Positions 41,746-54,645 of a stretch of 64,000 bases of DNA are shown here, piece by piece. The stretch spans positions 184,450,001 to 184,514,000 of the forward strand of contig OZ024741.1 in the NCBI GenBank assembly GCA_964016885.1, in the 5' to 3' direction. The position numbers and the translations under genes were made by a program. The stretch's first letter is position 1, and the number at the start of each line of letters is the position of its first letter. The stretch is from Eledone cirrhosa (lineage: Eukaryota). The notes beneath the pieces are model-generated. The model did no database searches. It saw only the letters and a program-made list of their open reading frames with translations, and was not told where the DNA came from.

Positions 41746-41754
41746 ATTTATATA

Positions 41755-41973
41755 TATCACAGAAAAAAGATAATCTGTGTTGCGACGAAAGGAGTTTCTT
41801 GGACGTATTACAATTTGTTTCTCGGGCGACCAGCTCGAGGCGCGATCGATATGGAGATCAAACCTGACTCTGAAATCGCGCGGTCCTTGGATACGTCTCG
41901 ATTCTACGAAACAATTGTGATATGTCCAATAAATTCCTTTCGTCGCGACACTGATTATCTTTTTTCTGTGATA
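41755..41973. mobile_element. Fold-back pLTR-like fragment whose ~66-bp arms end at an HHR GAAAC box
   Basis: Left arm ends ...tacaatttgtttc at 41821; right arm starts GAAACaattgtga at 41908. Confidence 0.7.
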
Positions 41974-42074
41974 TCATACTCTGCTCTATAAGGGCACCGA
42001 ATGCTCGTACGGATAACGCATACGGACGCTTTAAGCATCCAACACCAATTATATATATATATTTATATATATTT

Positions 42075-42130
<56 letters not shown>

Positions 42131-42138
42131 CTCATGTA

Positions 42139-42207
<69 letters not shown>

Positions 42208-42514
42208 AAAATAACAGATTAAAGTGTAAGCAAATAATCGCTGCTTATCGAGCCCTCTTTGGATTTTAGTCTTCAAATTTATTATTATTACTATAAATAT
42301 ATATTTCGTTTCTGAATTTGCTTACCAAGATTCTTTATCTGAAAACGTGTATTGAAACCGATATTTTTATACTTTGGGAGGGTCATGTTGCCAATAAGAA
42401 ACACACGCACCAGCTGCATTCACTTCAATTTATTATAATAAATTTATAAATTTAGGAATTTATAAATTTCCGGTTGGTTGGTTGGTTCCACAACCAGATG
42501 ATTGTTTATATATT

Positions 42515-42557
42515 GTCAAAGTTATTTCGTCACACATTCTATGACCTCTTCAGTGAC
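42515..42557 (-). ncRNA. Minimal hammerhead ribozyme
   Basis: Minus strand: gtca-CTGAAGA-g-gtcata gaatg tgtgac-GAAA-taac-TT-tgac. Confidence 0.72.
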
Positions 42558-42667
42558 TGGGGATTCTTTTCTTGGCTTTTCTGCCTCTCCTTTGTTCTGT
42601 CCTACGCCAAACAAGATGGCGTAGGACAGAACAAAGGAGAGGCACAAAAACAAAGAAAAAATCCCCA

Positions 42668-42710
42668 GTCACTGAAGAGGTCACAGAATGTGTGACGAAA
42701 GAACTTTGGC
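42668..42710 (+). ncRNA. Minimal hammerhead ribozyme
   Basis: gtca-CTGAAGA-g-gtcaca gaatg tgtgac-GAAA-gaac-TT-tggc. Confidence 0.72.
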
Positions 42711-42845
42711 AATATATAAACAATCATCTGGTTGTGGAACCAACCAGCCAACCGGAAATTTATAAATTTATTATAATAAATTGAAGTGAAAGCAACTGGT
42801 GCATGTGTTTCCTATTGGCAACAAGACCCTCCCAAAGTATAACAA

Positions 42846-43022
<177 letters not shown>

Positions 43023-43303
43023 AATATATATATATGCATATATGTATCGATCCCTCTATATATATAATATATACGTAGGGTTCATACACTCTTCTGCAGA
43101 AATGACCATAGGATGTGCACCTAGAAAGTTTCCATCCGAGGGACAATCCGGGAAAGTTTGGCTCGAGTGACGTTGCAAATTATTTCTACAGCTTAGTAAA
43201 CTGGACACAACGCATCGCACGTTCTGAGAATCGAAGTCACAACATCCTGATTGCAAGCTCAATTCTCTAACCATTTAGCCATGCGCCTTCACATATAGTA
43301 TAC

Positions 43304-43422
<119 letters not shown>

Positions 43423-43554
43423 GCATGTGTGTGTGTTTGTGTGTGGGTATATATATATATATATATATATATATGACTATCCAGTGAATTTCCAACCGAT
43501 CGATAAGGTATGAATTTTCATGGGTATGTCTCTATTTATAAAACAAACTTTGTA

Positions 43555-43612
43555 TTTTATCTGATGAAAGTATACCAATGTGACTTGATACCCTTGAAAT
43601 ATATATAATAGA
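43555..43612 (+). ncRNA. Hammerhead ribozyme family B (core intact, helix II partly decayed)
   Basis: ttttat-CTGATGA-aagtatacca...tgataccctt-GAAA-TATATA-TA-ataga. Confidence 0.72.
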
Positions 43613-43659
43613 TTAAATATGGTTTTATAAATATAGTTTCCATTTATTTAATATCATTG

Positions 43660-43726
<67 letters not shown>

Positions 43727-44405
43727 ATACCACACACAAGCAGACACATATGTGTGAGCGGGCGTTGTGCGTTTGAGACAGAATATACAATATGCTGTCC
43801 TCTATTTAATGCACATTACTTGTTAATATGTGTGTAATATGCATGAAACATATATGCGTATTACATCGTGCATTTGATATCTGTGGACGGGTGCCATGTA
43901 AGTGGTAATGATGTTTACAAGTAAAATATAATTATCATAACTATGCGCGATGCGAGTGCCAAACACATTTCATGTTGAATATTATCATGGGGTGGATGGA
44001 ATTTTCCAGTTTGCAAGGATGTATTTTTGTACGAAGGCTGCCTATTAAAAAATCTTCTCTGCCGTTTCAGTATTTTTTAAGTTTTCTATTCCGCCATACA
44101 AAGTTGATATTTCCTTGTCCCATTAGAAGTTTGTGTCCTTGAAGATTGAAGGAATTTAACATCCTCATATGTAATCTTGGTTTTGCTTGAAAATTACAGG
44201 TTGGAAATGATATTGTGAGTTTTATATACGAATTAATTTAAATAGGTGAGTCTACTATGCCTAGGATTTATTGAAGTCAGACATTGCACCAGTGTATAGA
44301 CTTTAAAAAACAAGTTATTCATTGATCTATAACATTACATTGGTATGAAATTTTATACGATAACTTCCCGCCTGCAATGCTAAGTAGTCTAATACACACA
44401 CACAG

Positions 44406-44454
<49 letters not shown>

Positions 44455-44460
<6 letters not shown>

Positions 44461-45240
44461 ACTACCTGGCATTGCACAAGTTGAAATATACATAGAAATG
44501 ATCCAGAATTGTCATAATGCAGACATAACCGGTTTAATAGAACACTACTTACTCTTGAAAGGTTAGCATTAATGTAATAATTTTACTTTTTCTGAAAACG
44601 TTTATAGCAGTCCAGAGACTAATGAGAGTGCTACAGATTAGAGCTCAGTATGAATGCGATGTTTCATAACTTAATAATGTGGATGTCATATAGCCAGTTC
44701 AGGATTGAATCAAAATGAAAACCGTTTTAATTAATGGATATTACTGGATATTATATTTTAGAATTTTTCTTACAAACATTTATTTCTTATAAGAGAAATC
44801 AAGAATAACTAGAAACTAGATTAAGAATTATGATGAAGCTAATGTCATAGATATGCAAGCCTTAGAAAATCTTAACACAAATTTTAATTCAGAAAATCGG
44901 GTAAAATATTCTTAGAAATGGAAAAAAAATACCAGTAGTAGCTACGAAGACATAAACTCTGTATCATTTAAATATCGTGTGATCGCACTAACTAATACGT
45001 TAATGAGCAACTGACCACTCATTCTGTCTAATATTGTGGTCATAACAGTAGGAGTATATGTAAAAAGACTTGAGGCATGTACTTTCGATATTTGAGCATC
45101 CTATATAAAATTGGTCTTGGACAAACCAGTATTTTTGCTTATCTGTTTTGGTTGCTCACGAAGCTTGATTGCCTTTGGTCACAGAAGATGTAAAATTGGA
45201 GCGTATTTTCCAAAGTATTATTAATGGAAACATCATCAAT
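44455..45240 (+). mobile_element. Possible heavily decayed Helitron fragment
   Basis: Only scattered resemblance to PIF1-helicase motifs (DEA..ALENLN; LDKPVF...CSR) and an actacctggcattgc terminus; not verified. Confidence 0.3.
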
Positions 45241-46344
45241 AAACAATTGGAAGTTACAAAGTAACTAAAGTTGTGTAACTTAAAATAGAAATGCCCTTGC
45301 AGATTAAATCAGACAAACATGAGTACGGGTGGATGTGGGAATAAGAAAACCGAATGTCCCGTGAGAGTTACAGAAATATCAATATATAAGCAATGTGTAT
45401 AGATTGAAAGTTCAGAGTAACTAAATGAACAATATGTATAGAGATTATGTGAGATAGAAAAAGTGAGAAGAATGGAAAGTAAAAATGAAAGCAGGAAGGT
45501 GGGAATAAGATGATGTAATAGTGTAAGATAGAGATTTTCAGTCAGAGAAGTTAAAATTATGCTGAAGGAAAGTAAACGTCACAACGGTGAAGTAGACATT
45601 GTAATTGTGAGATGATTTTCCGTTGAGATTAATGATGACTTTCATCTGGGTTGGTGAAATAATTAACAGTTAAGTACTGATCAATATAAACAACTGTTCC
45701 CGTCTTCAAAAATGTTTTCCACCATGCCCTTATAAGAATAATATGAACCTCAATATTAATTTAAAGATAAACCAAGCATACCGACTGACAATTGAATATA
45801 AACTGAGAGAATAAGAATAGGAGAGATAAGAAGCGAAAGAGAAAGGAAAGGCAAAGAATAAAAGATAAGGAATGAAGCAGATGAAGGGGAAATGAGGTGT
45901 GGAAATAATATGAGAGTGTGAGAGAAAGAGAGCTAGAAAGAAAGGGTGAGTGAGGCAGAGAGAGAGGGGGGAGAGATAGAGAGTTGTAAACACGTTGATT
46001 TAAGACTATGCTGGTCGCGGAGAAGCAGGTGATAGCGACTTACACTAGAAAAAGGGCGGCAGCTACATACGAAAGAAAGAGAAATAAGATTCTTTCAAAA
46101 AATTTCTATTGAAGACACGACCGTGTTCCAGTTTGAATTTTTTTATTTCCCCTTTCTTCACATTTCCTTATTAGTTCGATATGTTTAATTTGGAACAATA
46201 CGCTTTTACAGTTCATTAATATTGCCGTGGTTTCTGTAGCAAACAAAAAGTAATAATATTGTAACTATTAAAATAATCAACGGCAGATTGAAACTATTAG
46301 CATTTACATTACTCTACTATTGTATTTTTTACGATAAAGGCTTT

Positions 46345-47015
46345 ATCTCACATAATGCGTTGAAGCAGGCGAGTGTAAGTGCCATAAAGGCGCTTTTGTT
46401 GTTTGCATGAAAGCGTTCCATATAGAAAGATTGGTTGAATTTTTACTTGGAAGAACCTGATTTTGGTGTGGCTGGGAAGATTTGAGCGCTAAACTCGACC
46501 CATCTTGTTGCAAGCTGACCATACTTGGGCCTTTCGGGTGGCGAAATCCTTCTCAGAGTCCATGATTCAGGACCCAAGATACTTCAAATCCTTGACTTGC
46601 TTGATATCGCTGCCGTTGATTTCTTTGACGTTGTTGCCTGTACAGTTTAATATGTACTCTGTTTTACTCTCGTTGAGATGAAGGCCAGCGAGGGGAGCTG
46701 CTTCCTAGATGTCAAAAGTCTGACTTTGAGAGAGATATATGCCGGCCTCCCACGCATATCTGTCGTTTTACGTAAAAGGAGAGTAAGATTTGCTGGCCAG
46801 TGTCATCGTTCCAACTATGAGGCGGTATCCAATTAGTTCTTTGGAAACCACAAGAAATTACTAATAACAGGGGGAGCATGCTCTTGTATCCCGTTGTCAT
46901 CTTCAAAGATTCTGTTATTGAAATCCAGGACTTGGCAACGGCAATAAACGACAGACCCACGTGAAGATCAATTGTTGAGTCGATCTCGGCTGATGCCGCC
47001 GGATGATAATCCCAC
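46345..47015. mobile_element. RTE-type LINE fragment with inverted 5' part
   Basis: Minus 46710-46345: EAAPLAGLHLNESKTEYI...KYLGS...KAQVWSACNKM...KRLYGTYTRLLQRIM; plus 46712-47015: EIYAGLPRISVVLRKRRVRFAGQCHR. Confidence 0.8.
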
Positions 47016-47064
47016 ATAATATCGAATCTACGAGATTTTGTTGATGGTATTATTTATTTTGAGC

Positions 47065-47710
47065 TTTCCGGCATAGTTACGTCCCTTTACGATCTGAGTT
47101 CAAATCCCGCTGAAGATGACTTTGCCTTTCATCCTTACGGAGTCGATAAAATAAAGTACCACTAATGCACTGGGTATTTGCTGGCCCTGTACCTAAAGTA
47201 GAAACAATTATTTATTTTGAGAACATTACCTTAACGTTGGTATAAGCGGCCGGCTATGACCGGATTGAACAGAAAGACGTGAAAGAATTCTGGCCAGATA
47301 CGATCGGTTTAAATGCTAAAGAGTTTAAATTATTTAAAAGTTAATTCATTTACAAATTCATAATTTATTTATTTCCATAACTAATCTTCTAGAAGCTAAA
47401 TTATTCTTGAATTCAATATAGGATAGCATAGTTCAGCTATTAATGTTTTTTTATCTATATATCCAAGACTAAATCTTCTTTTATTAAATAGATCAAATTT
47501 AATAGGATATAGTTGATTCACGTAATATAATTGTTTCTACTTTTGGCACAAGGCCAGCAATTATCCCAGTGTATTACTGGTACTTTATTTTATCGAACCC
47601 GTAAGGATGAAAGGCAAATTTAACTTCGGCGGGGTTTGAACTCAGACCATAAAGGGCCGTAACTCTTTGCTGCAAAGCATGGCGTCCGACGCTCTACCGA
47701 TACTGTCAAT
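47065..47710. mobile_element. Two convergent SINE copies (~47065-47212 plus; ~47528-47710 minus)
   Basis: Core and tail match; the minus copy carries the same 3' flank as the copy at 14600-14768. Confidence 0.9.
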
Positions 47711-47861
47711 TCAGGTTTTACTGGTGGTTATATCTGTAGGGGTGAACACTTTAATGTATTGATCTAGAAGTATGTTCAATTGCCCATTATTATCTAGTGT
47801 TCGATTAATTCTTGACTTCCCTATTAACATCCTCATTCGTGTATATGTGATATATACATAC

Positions 47862-47960
47862 ACAGTGTCTCCAAAAATGTATACACATTTCAACAGCATT
47901 CTAACAAAATTTGCCTGTACAGGTAATCAATGTGTGTATATATTTTTGGGAACACACTGT
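47862..47960. mobile_element. MITE (same family as 38503 and 61225)
   Basis: cacagtgtctccaaaaatgtatacac ... gtgtatatatttttgggaacacactgtg. Confidence 0.7.
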
Positions 47961-48061
47961 GTATATATACATATATGTGCGTGTGTGTGTGTGTTTGTAT
48001 GTATATATGTTTATATATATATATATATGTGTGTGTGTGTTTGTGTTTATGTGGGTGTGTG

Positions 48062-48137
<76 letters not shown>

Positions 48138-48769
48138 CATGTGTACGTATAGGTGGGTATATCTGAATATATGGGAGTGGTGTGCAGTAAGACATTATTT
48201 AAACAAATTTTTATTTCTTTAAAAATCCGTTTATTATCATTCTGTGAGATCACTTCTGAAATAAATACAACCTCTCCTACATCTGCCACATAGCTCACCA
48301 TTAAACGTCTCTCTACCGGCCACCCAAATTGAACTTACCCCTGCAGCATCCTGTCATATACCCCCATGTTCAATGCCACCAACGTTGATCGCTGACAACC
48401 TTCTATTCCTACCCTCTCTCATACCCCCTTCATTCTGCATTTCCCTAATTCCTTCTTTACTTCCTTACTTCCCTTCTTCCTTTCTTTTGTTTCCCTCCAT
48501 TTTTTTTTCTTTATTTCATTATCACAACCATCATCACCATCACTATTATACTACCACAAACACCTCCACCATCGCACTTACCTTTTTTCTACCGCCATTA
48601 ACACTACTACGATCTCTACCATTAAAATCAAAACAATCACTATCGTTACCACAAACATTACCATTGAGACTATTAGAACCAACACTTCCACCACCGCCAC
48701 CTTTACCACCGCCGCTGCCGCCGCCACCACCATCAGCACCAAATCCACGACCGCGACCCCCCCCCCCCC

Positions 48770-49620
48770 AACACAGCCACCACCACCATCAATCACCACC
48801 ACCAACAACAACAACAGTAACAAGAACAATAATAACAACAACAGCAGTAGCAGCAACAACAACAAGACACCACCACCACCACCATCACCACCACCACTAC
48901 CGCCACCACCACCATCAATCCCGACCACCAACAACAACAGCAACAAGAACAATAATAACAACAACAGCAGTAGCAGAAACAACAAGAAGACACCACCACC
49001 ACCATCACCACCACCACTACCGCCACCACTACCATCAATCACCACCACCAACAACAACAACAGTAACAAGAACAATAATAACAACAACAGCAGTAGCAGA
49101 AACAACAAGAAGACACCACCACCACCACCATCACCACCACCACTACCGCCACCACCACCATCAATCACCACCACCAACAACAACAGTAACAAGAACAATA
49201 ATAACAACAACAGCAGTAGCAGAAACAACAAGAAGACACCACCACCACCATCACCACCACCACTACCGCCACCACCACCATCAATCCCGACCACCAACAA
49301 CAACAGCAACAAGAACAATAATAACAACAACAGCAGTAGCAGAAACAACAAGAAGACACCACCACCACCATCACCACCACCACTACCGCCACCACCACCA
49401 TCAATCACCACCACCAACAACAACAACAACAACAGTAACAAGAACAATAATAACAACAACAGCAGTAGCAGCAACAACAACAATACACCACCACCACCAT
49501 CACCACCACCACTACCGCCACCACCACCATCAATCACCACCACCAACAACAACAGTAACAAGAACAATAATAACAACAACAGCAGTAGCAGCAACAACAA
49601 TAACACACCAGCACCACCAC
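48770..49620 (+). repeat. ~120-bp composite (CAC/CAA/CAG) minisatellite, ~7 copies, followed by (CAC/CAT)n to ~50530
   Basis: aacaagaacaataataacaacaacagcagtagcag recurs about every 120 bp. Confidence 0.9.
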
Positions 49621-50599
49621 CACCACCATCATCACGCCACCACCACCACCACCACCACCACCACCATCATCACGCCACCACCACCACCACCACCACCACC
49701 ATCATCACGCCACCACCACCACCACCACTACCACCACCACCACCATCATCACCCCACCACCACCACCACCATCATCACGCCACCACCACCACCACCACTA
49801 CCACCACCATCATCACCCCACCACCACCACCATCATCACCCCCCACCACCACCATCATCACGCCACCACCACCACCACCACTACCACCACCATCATCACC
49901 CCACCACCACCACCATCATCACCACCACCACCAACTACAACAACAGAAGTGGCAGCAACAACAACAGCACACCACCACCACCACCATCACCACCATCACC
50001 ACCACCAACAGCAACAACAGTAGCAACAAGAACAATAATAACAACAACAGCAGTGGCAGCCATAACAACAACACACCACCACCACCGCCACCACCACCAT
50101 CACCACCACCAACAACAACAACAACAGCAACAAGAACAATAATAACAACAACAATAGTGGCAGCCACAACAACAACAACACACCACCACACCACCGCCAC
50201 CACCACCAACAACAACAACAGCAACAAGAACAATAATAACAACAACAGCAGTGACAGCAACAGCAACAACACACCACCATCACCCCACCACCACCAACAA
50301 CAACAACAACAACAACAGCAATGGCAGCAGCAACAGCAACAACACACCACCATCACCCCACCACCACCACCACCACCACCAACAACAACAACAGCAGTGG
50401 CAGCAACAACAATAACAACACACCACCATCACCCCACCACCACCACCACCACTACCACCGCCGCCACCACCACCACCACAACCACCATAACCACTAGCAC
50501 CATCACAATGAACATCACCATCATCACCACGCACATTAGTATAATAAATATCCCCAAAATCCATATTATAAACACTCCAATCACTACAACTAATATTAT

Positions 50600-51378
50600 T
50601 TGGATTAGCAGTATCGGTAGAGGGTCGGACGCCATGCTTTCCAGCATAGTTACGTCCCTTTACGATCTGAGTTCAAATCCCGCCGAGGTTAACTTTGCCT
50701 TTCTTCCTTACGGGGTCGGTAAAATAAAGTACCAGTAATACACTGGGTAATTTCTGGCCTTGTGCCAAAAGTAGAAACAATTGTTATAGTGGGTTGGCAG
50801 TATCGGTAGAGGGTCGGACGCCATGCTTTGACGCATAGAGTTACGGCTCTTTATGATGTGAGCTCAAATCCAGCCGAGGTTAACTTTGCCTTTCATCCTT
50901 ATGGGGTCGATAAAATAAAGTACCAGTCACGCACTGGTGTCGATTTGATCGACTTTCCCCTACCCCCAACTTACTGGCCTTGTGCCTATATAAGAAACCA
51001 TTATTATCGGTAGAGGGTTGGACGCCATGCTTTGACGCATAGAGTTACGGCCCTTGCCATTCTGAGTTCAAATCCCGCCGAGGTTAACTTTGCCTTTCAT
51101 CCTTACGGGCTCGATAAAATAAAGTACCAGTAATGTACTGGGTATTTGCTGGCCTTGTGCCAAAAATAGAAACAATTATTATAGTAAGGGTGGATTGGCA
51201 GTATCGGTAGAGGGTCGGACGCCATGCTTTGCAGCACAGCTACGTCCCTTTACGAACTGAGTTCAAATCCGCCGAGGTTAACTTTGCCTTTCATCCTTAC
51301 GGGGTCGATAAAATAAAGTACCAGTAATGCACTGGGTAATTGCTGGCCTTGTGCCAAAAAGTAGAAACAATTATTATA
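50600..51378 (+). mobile_element. Four head-to-tail SINE copies
   Basis: cagtatcggtagagggtcggacgccatgcttt ... gagttcaaatcc ... gaaacaattatt repeated four times. Confidence 0.93.
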
Positions 51379-51419
51379 TAAACCAGACCCACCAATCACA
51401 CTACAAACACAAACCCTTC

Positions 51420-52265
51420 TACTACCACCACCACCACCACCACCACTACCATTACCACCAATCACTACATACATCACCTCTACCTCAATTACCATCAACA
51501 ACATTAGCACCAACATTAGCACCACCACAATCATCAACACCAATCACCACATACATCACCTCTACGTCACCTACCACACCAACATTAGCACCACCACTAA
51601 CACCACCACTACCACCACCACCGCCACCACCACCACCACCGCCACCACTACCACCACCGCCACCATACTACCACCACGACCACTACCAACACCTCCACCA
51701 CCACCACCACCACCACCACAAACATCAACACCAATCACCACATACATCACCTCTACGTCAACTGCCATCACCAACATTAGCACCACCACCACCACCACCA
51801 GCACCACTATCATCAACACCACCACCACCACCACCACAACCACCACTACCACCACCACCGCCACCACCACCACCACCGCCACCACTGCCACCACCACGAC
51901 CACTACCAACACCTCCACCACCACCACCACCACCACCACCACCACCACCACCACAATCATCAACACCAATCACCACATACATCACCTCTACCTCCACTAC
52001 CATCACCAACATTAGCACCACCACCACCACTGCTATCATCAACACCAATCACCAGATACATCACCTCTACCTCAACCACTATCACCAACATTATAACCAC
52101 CACCACCAGCACCACCACTAACAACACCACCAGCACCACCACCACCAACACCACCACCTCCACCACTATCATCAACACCAATCACCACATACATCACCTC
52201 TACCTCCACTACCATCACCAACATTAGCACCACCACCACCACTATCATCAACACCAATATCACTG
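51420..52265 (+). repeat. Composite CAC-rich minisatellite
   Basis: atcatcaacaccaatcaccacatacatcacctctac...accaacattagcacc recurs about six times with variable CAC tracts. Confidence 0.85.
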
Positions 52266-53999
52266 CCAGCCCATCACTACTACCACCGCTACTACTCCCT
52301 CCACTATCATCACTATCATCATTGTCATCCTTCCTTCCTCCCTACCTTCAGTTCTTTCATTCCTTTCCATTCGTTATATTCCTTCATTTCATTTTCCATT
52401 CCGTTCCCTCATTCTTTTATTCAATATTATTTCAATACTATTTTACGCCATTAATCTGTTCACTTTGTTTTTGTTTACGTAATATTTATGTATTTATTTA
52501 TGTAATTATTTGTATTATTATGTATTTAGTTAATTTTTATTGCTGTATTGAAATTATAAAGTAATGTATTTTCTTTCGTGTGTACTTTTCTTCTTTTGAT
52601 GTAAAATGGTGGATTATAAAACTTTCAGTTTATGTAAATGTCATTTGATTTCATTGAATGTAATTTAGTGTTTGCTTTATTATTAAAATCTGAACATCAA
52701 AAAACCATTTAACTTTGTTTTAACAATGTTTGAACAACCTGAATGTCGTTGTTAGCAAAGGGAGTGAGTGTGTGTTTGGTCCAACATTTTGCAACGGAAT
52801 GGGTTCCACTAAATGTACGCAACACCCAGGTGATGATATTAAACTGTTCGTTGGATTAAGTCAAACACCGAAGCAGGCTGCTGCAGAATTTGAACTCACA
52901 ATGCAGAGCCAGAACAAATACCACAAACCATCTCGTCCAACACTCTAAAAATCCCACTAACACTCCGAAAGGGAGAAAGGAAATGTTGACTTCCACTACA
53001 ATTGAATTCAGATCGCAATGAGCCGGAACAAATACCACAAGGCATTTTGTTCAACACTTTAACGTTTCTGGGAATTTTGTCCTGCCCTTTAACGAGTACG
53101 TGGTCTCTGAAACACCTACATGACATCAAAGTGTATATCAACACTGTTAATGAATCTATATCTACATGCAATAGAAATAAAAACTAAAACCTTCCTTAAT
53201 TTATATTCTACGTACCAAAGTTAGATTGATCGACTGAAGTTAATCTTGGAGAAATCCACAATGAAACAACGGAGCAACACCACAAACATCAACAACAGAA
53301 ACAACAGCAATAACATTTACAACAACAAAAACAGCGACAAAAAATGTTTTTTTTTCTGTGTAGCATTTCTCTCCACCTGATTACCAGAAACAAGATCAAG
53401 AGATGGCGGATTGGATGTGCTAGAAGGGTCGGATAGGGCCACAGTTCGACTGTGTACTACATTGAAAATCTTTCCATTATTGTATTCTATTTTTGTACTC
53501 GCTAGTGCTCAGTATATAGCAGGGAGAGAAGCACAGTTTTTCGCTAAACACGCAGTAAATGCAAATTGTTTTGTAGTAGCAACAGAACCATCGGCTTTAG
53601 TAACAATAGTCTTGCACTGCATCCTTGAGCGTTGCCTCTCAGTAACCCGTTGGTATTGGTGGTACTTCTGTAGCCTTCAAATTATCCTTCTTCATTTTGT
53701 TATCTTTTTCTCTGGTACAAAATGGCCAAATGTAGTTTTTGTTACAATATAAGTAGCACTGGACATTCTGGCTTGCATCAAAAGTTCGATTGTTTTAGCA
53801 GTGATCCATATTTCTTCGGGATACATTTCAGGGCACATTGAAATGTTTAAGTCCATAAAGAAAAACCTCAGCAGTTAGGGGAAAGAGCTAACTGCACATG
53901 TTATATGTTAGAGTACGTCTTTATGGACTTAAACATGTGAGTGACAATTTATATATGAATTCCTCACAGACGGCGCTTTAAACTTTCAACAAGTTAATA

Positions 54000-54645
54000 T
54001 ATAGAAGTAATCCGCTGCTACAAAGGAAGGAAAAGTCAGAAGAACAGTGCTTGCGGGACACGTGCCGTATCACATGTTCATACACCAATATCCAAGGTCA
54101 AGAAACATACATTAAAGACATGAAGGGATCTGAAGTCATCCATGCACGACTGATTATGATTTTTTGCGAAAACGCTTGATATGATGGAAAAACAACGATA
54201 CTCTAAGATTATGATTTTTCAAATTAATAGAGTAATTGAGCATCACCGACCGGACATTGTCGAATTGAACAAGAAAGATAATACTGTCAAATTATGGATA
54301 TGGCAATACCAAATGACACGAATATTACGAGTAAAGAGTTTGAAAAATATCTCCAAGTACTCTGAATTGAAGTAGAGCTGGTAAAATTATTTGGAATGCA
54401 AGAGGGTAATGTAAAAGTTATACCAGTTGTGATAAGGGCATTAGGGTCAATCTCATTAAAACTTCAAAACTAAAAGCGACTGGGAAGACCATACAGGTCA
54501 GCTGTCATACAAAAGGCGGCTTGGTAGGTACTGCACACATTTTGAGCAAAGTATTATCTGTCTGAGGTCTTTGTTGTGACTTGGAAGATGAATAAATACA
54601 CCAGTGCATTACCCATCTGCACTGCGGGGCCAAGCGGTAATAATA
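54000..54645 (+). mobile_element. R4/Dong-type non-LTR element 3' end (restriction-like endonuclease), ending in (TAA)n
   Basis: FQINRVIEHHRPDIVELNKK, DMAIPND, KYSELK, VIPVVIRALGS, IQKAA, GTAHILSKVL across frameshifted frames. Confidence 0.78.

Larger units (their letters stand above)
42368..42841. mobile_element. ~470-bp palindromic insertion (arms ~230 bp, 7-nt loop at 42610-42616) with one HHR per arm
   Basis: ...ttgttctgtcctacgcca aacaaga tggcgtaggacagaacaa...; outer ends tatactttgggagggtc / gaccctcccaaagtata. Confidence 0.92.

Noticed and set aside
50600-50700. tRNA gene suggested by A and B boxes
   Set aside because: No cloverleaf; it is the tRNA-derived head of the SINE
48373-52263. 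Long His/Pro/Thr-rich ORFs as genes
   Set aside because: Made of CAC/CAA repeats and SINE ends; no domain or splice evidence
53411-53752. 113-aa ORF
   Set aside because: No convincing motif; possibly a decayed DNA transposon but not assignable
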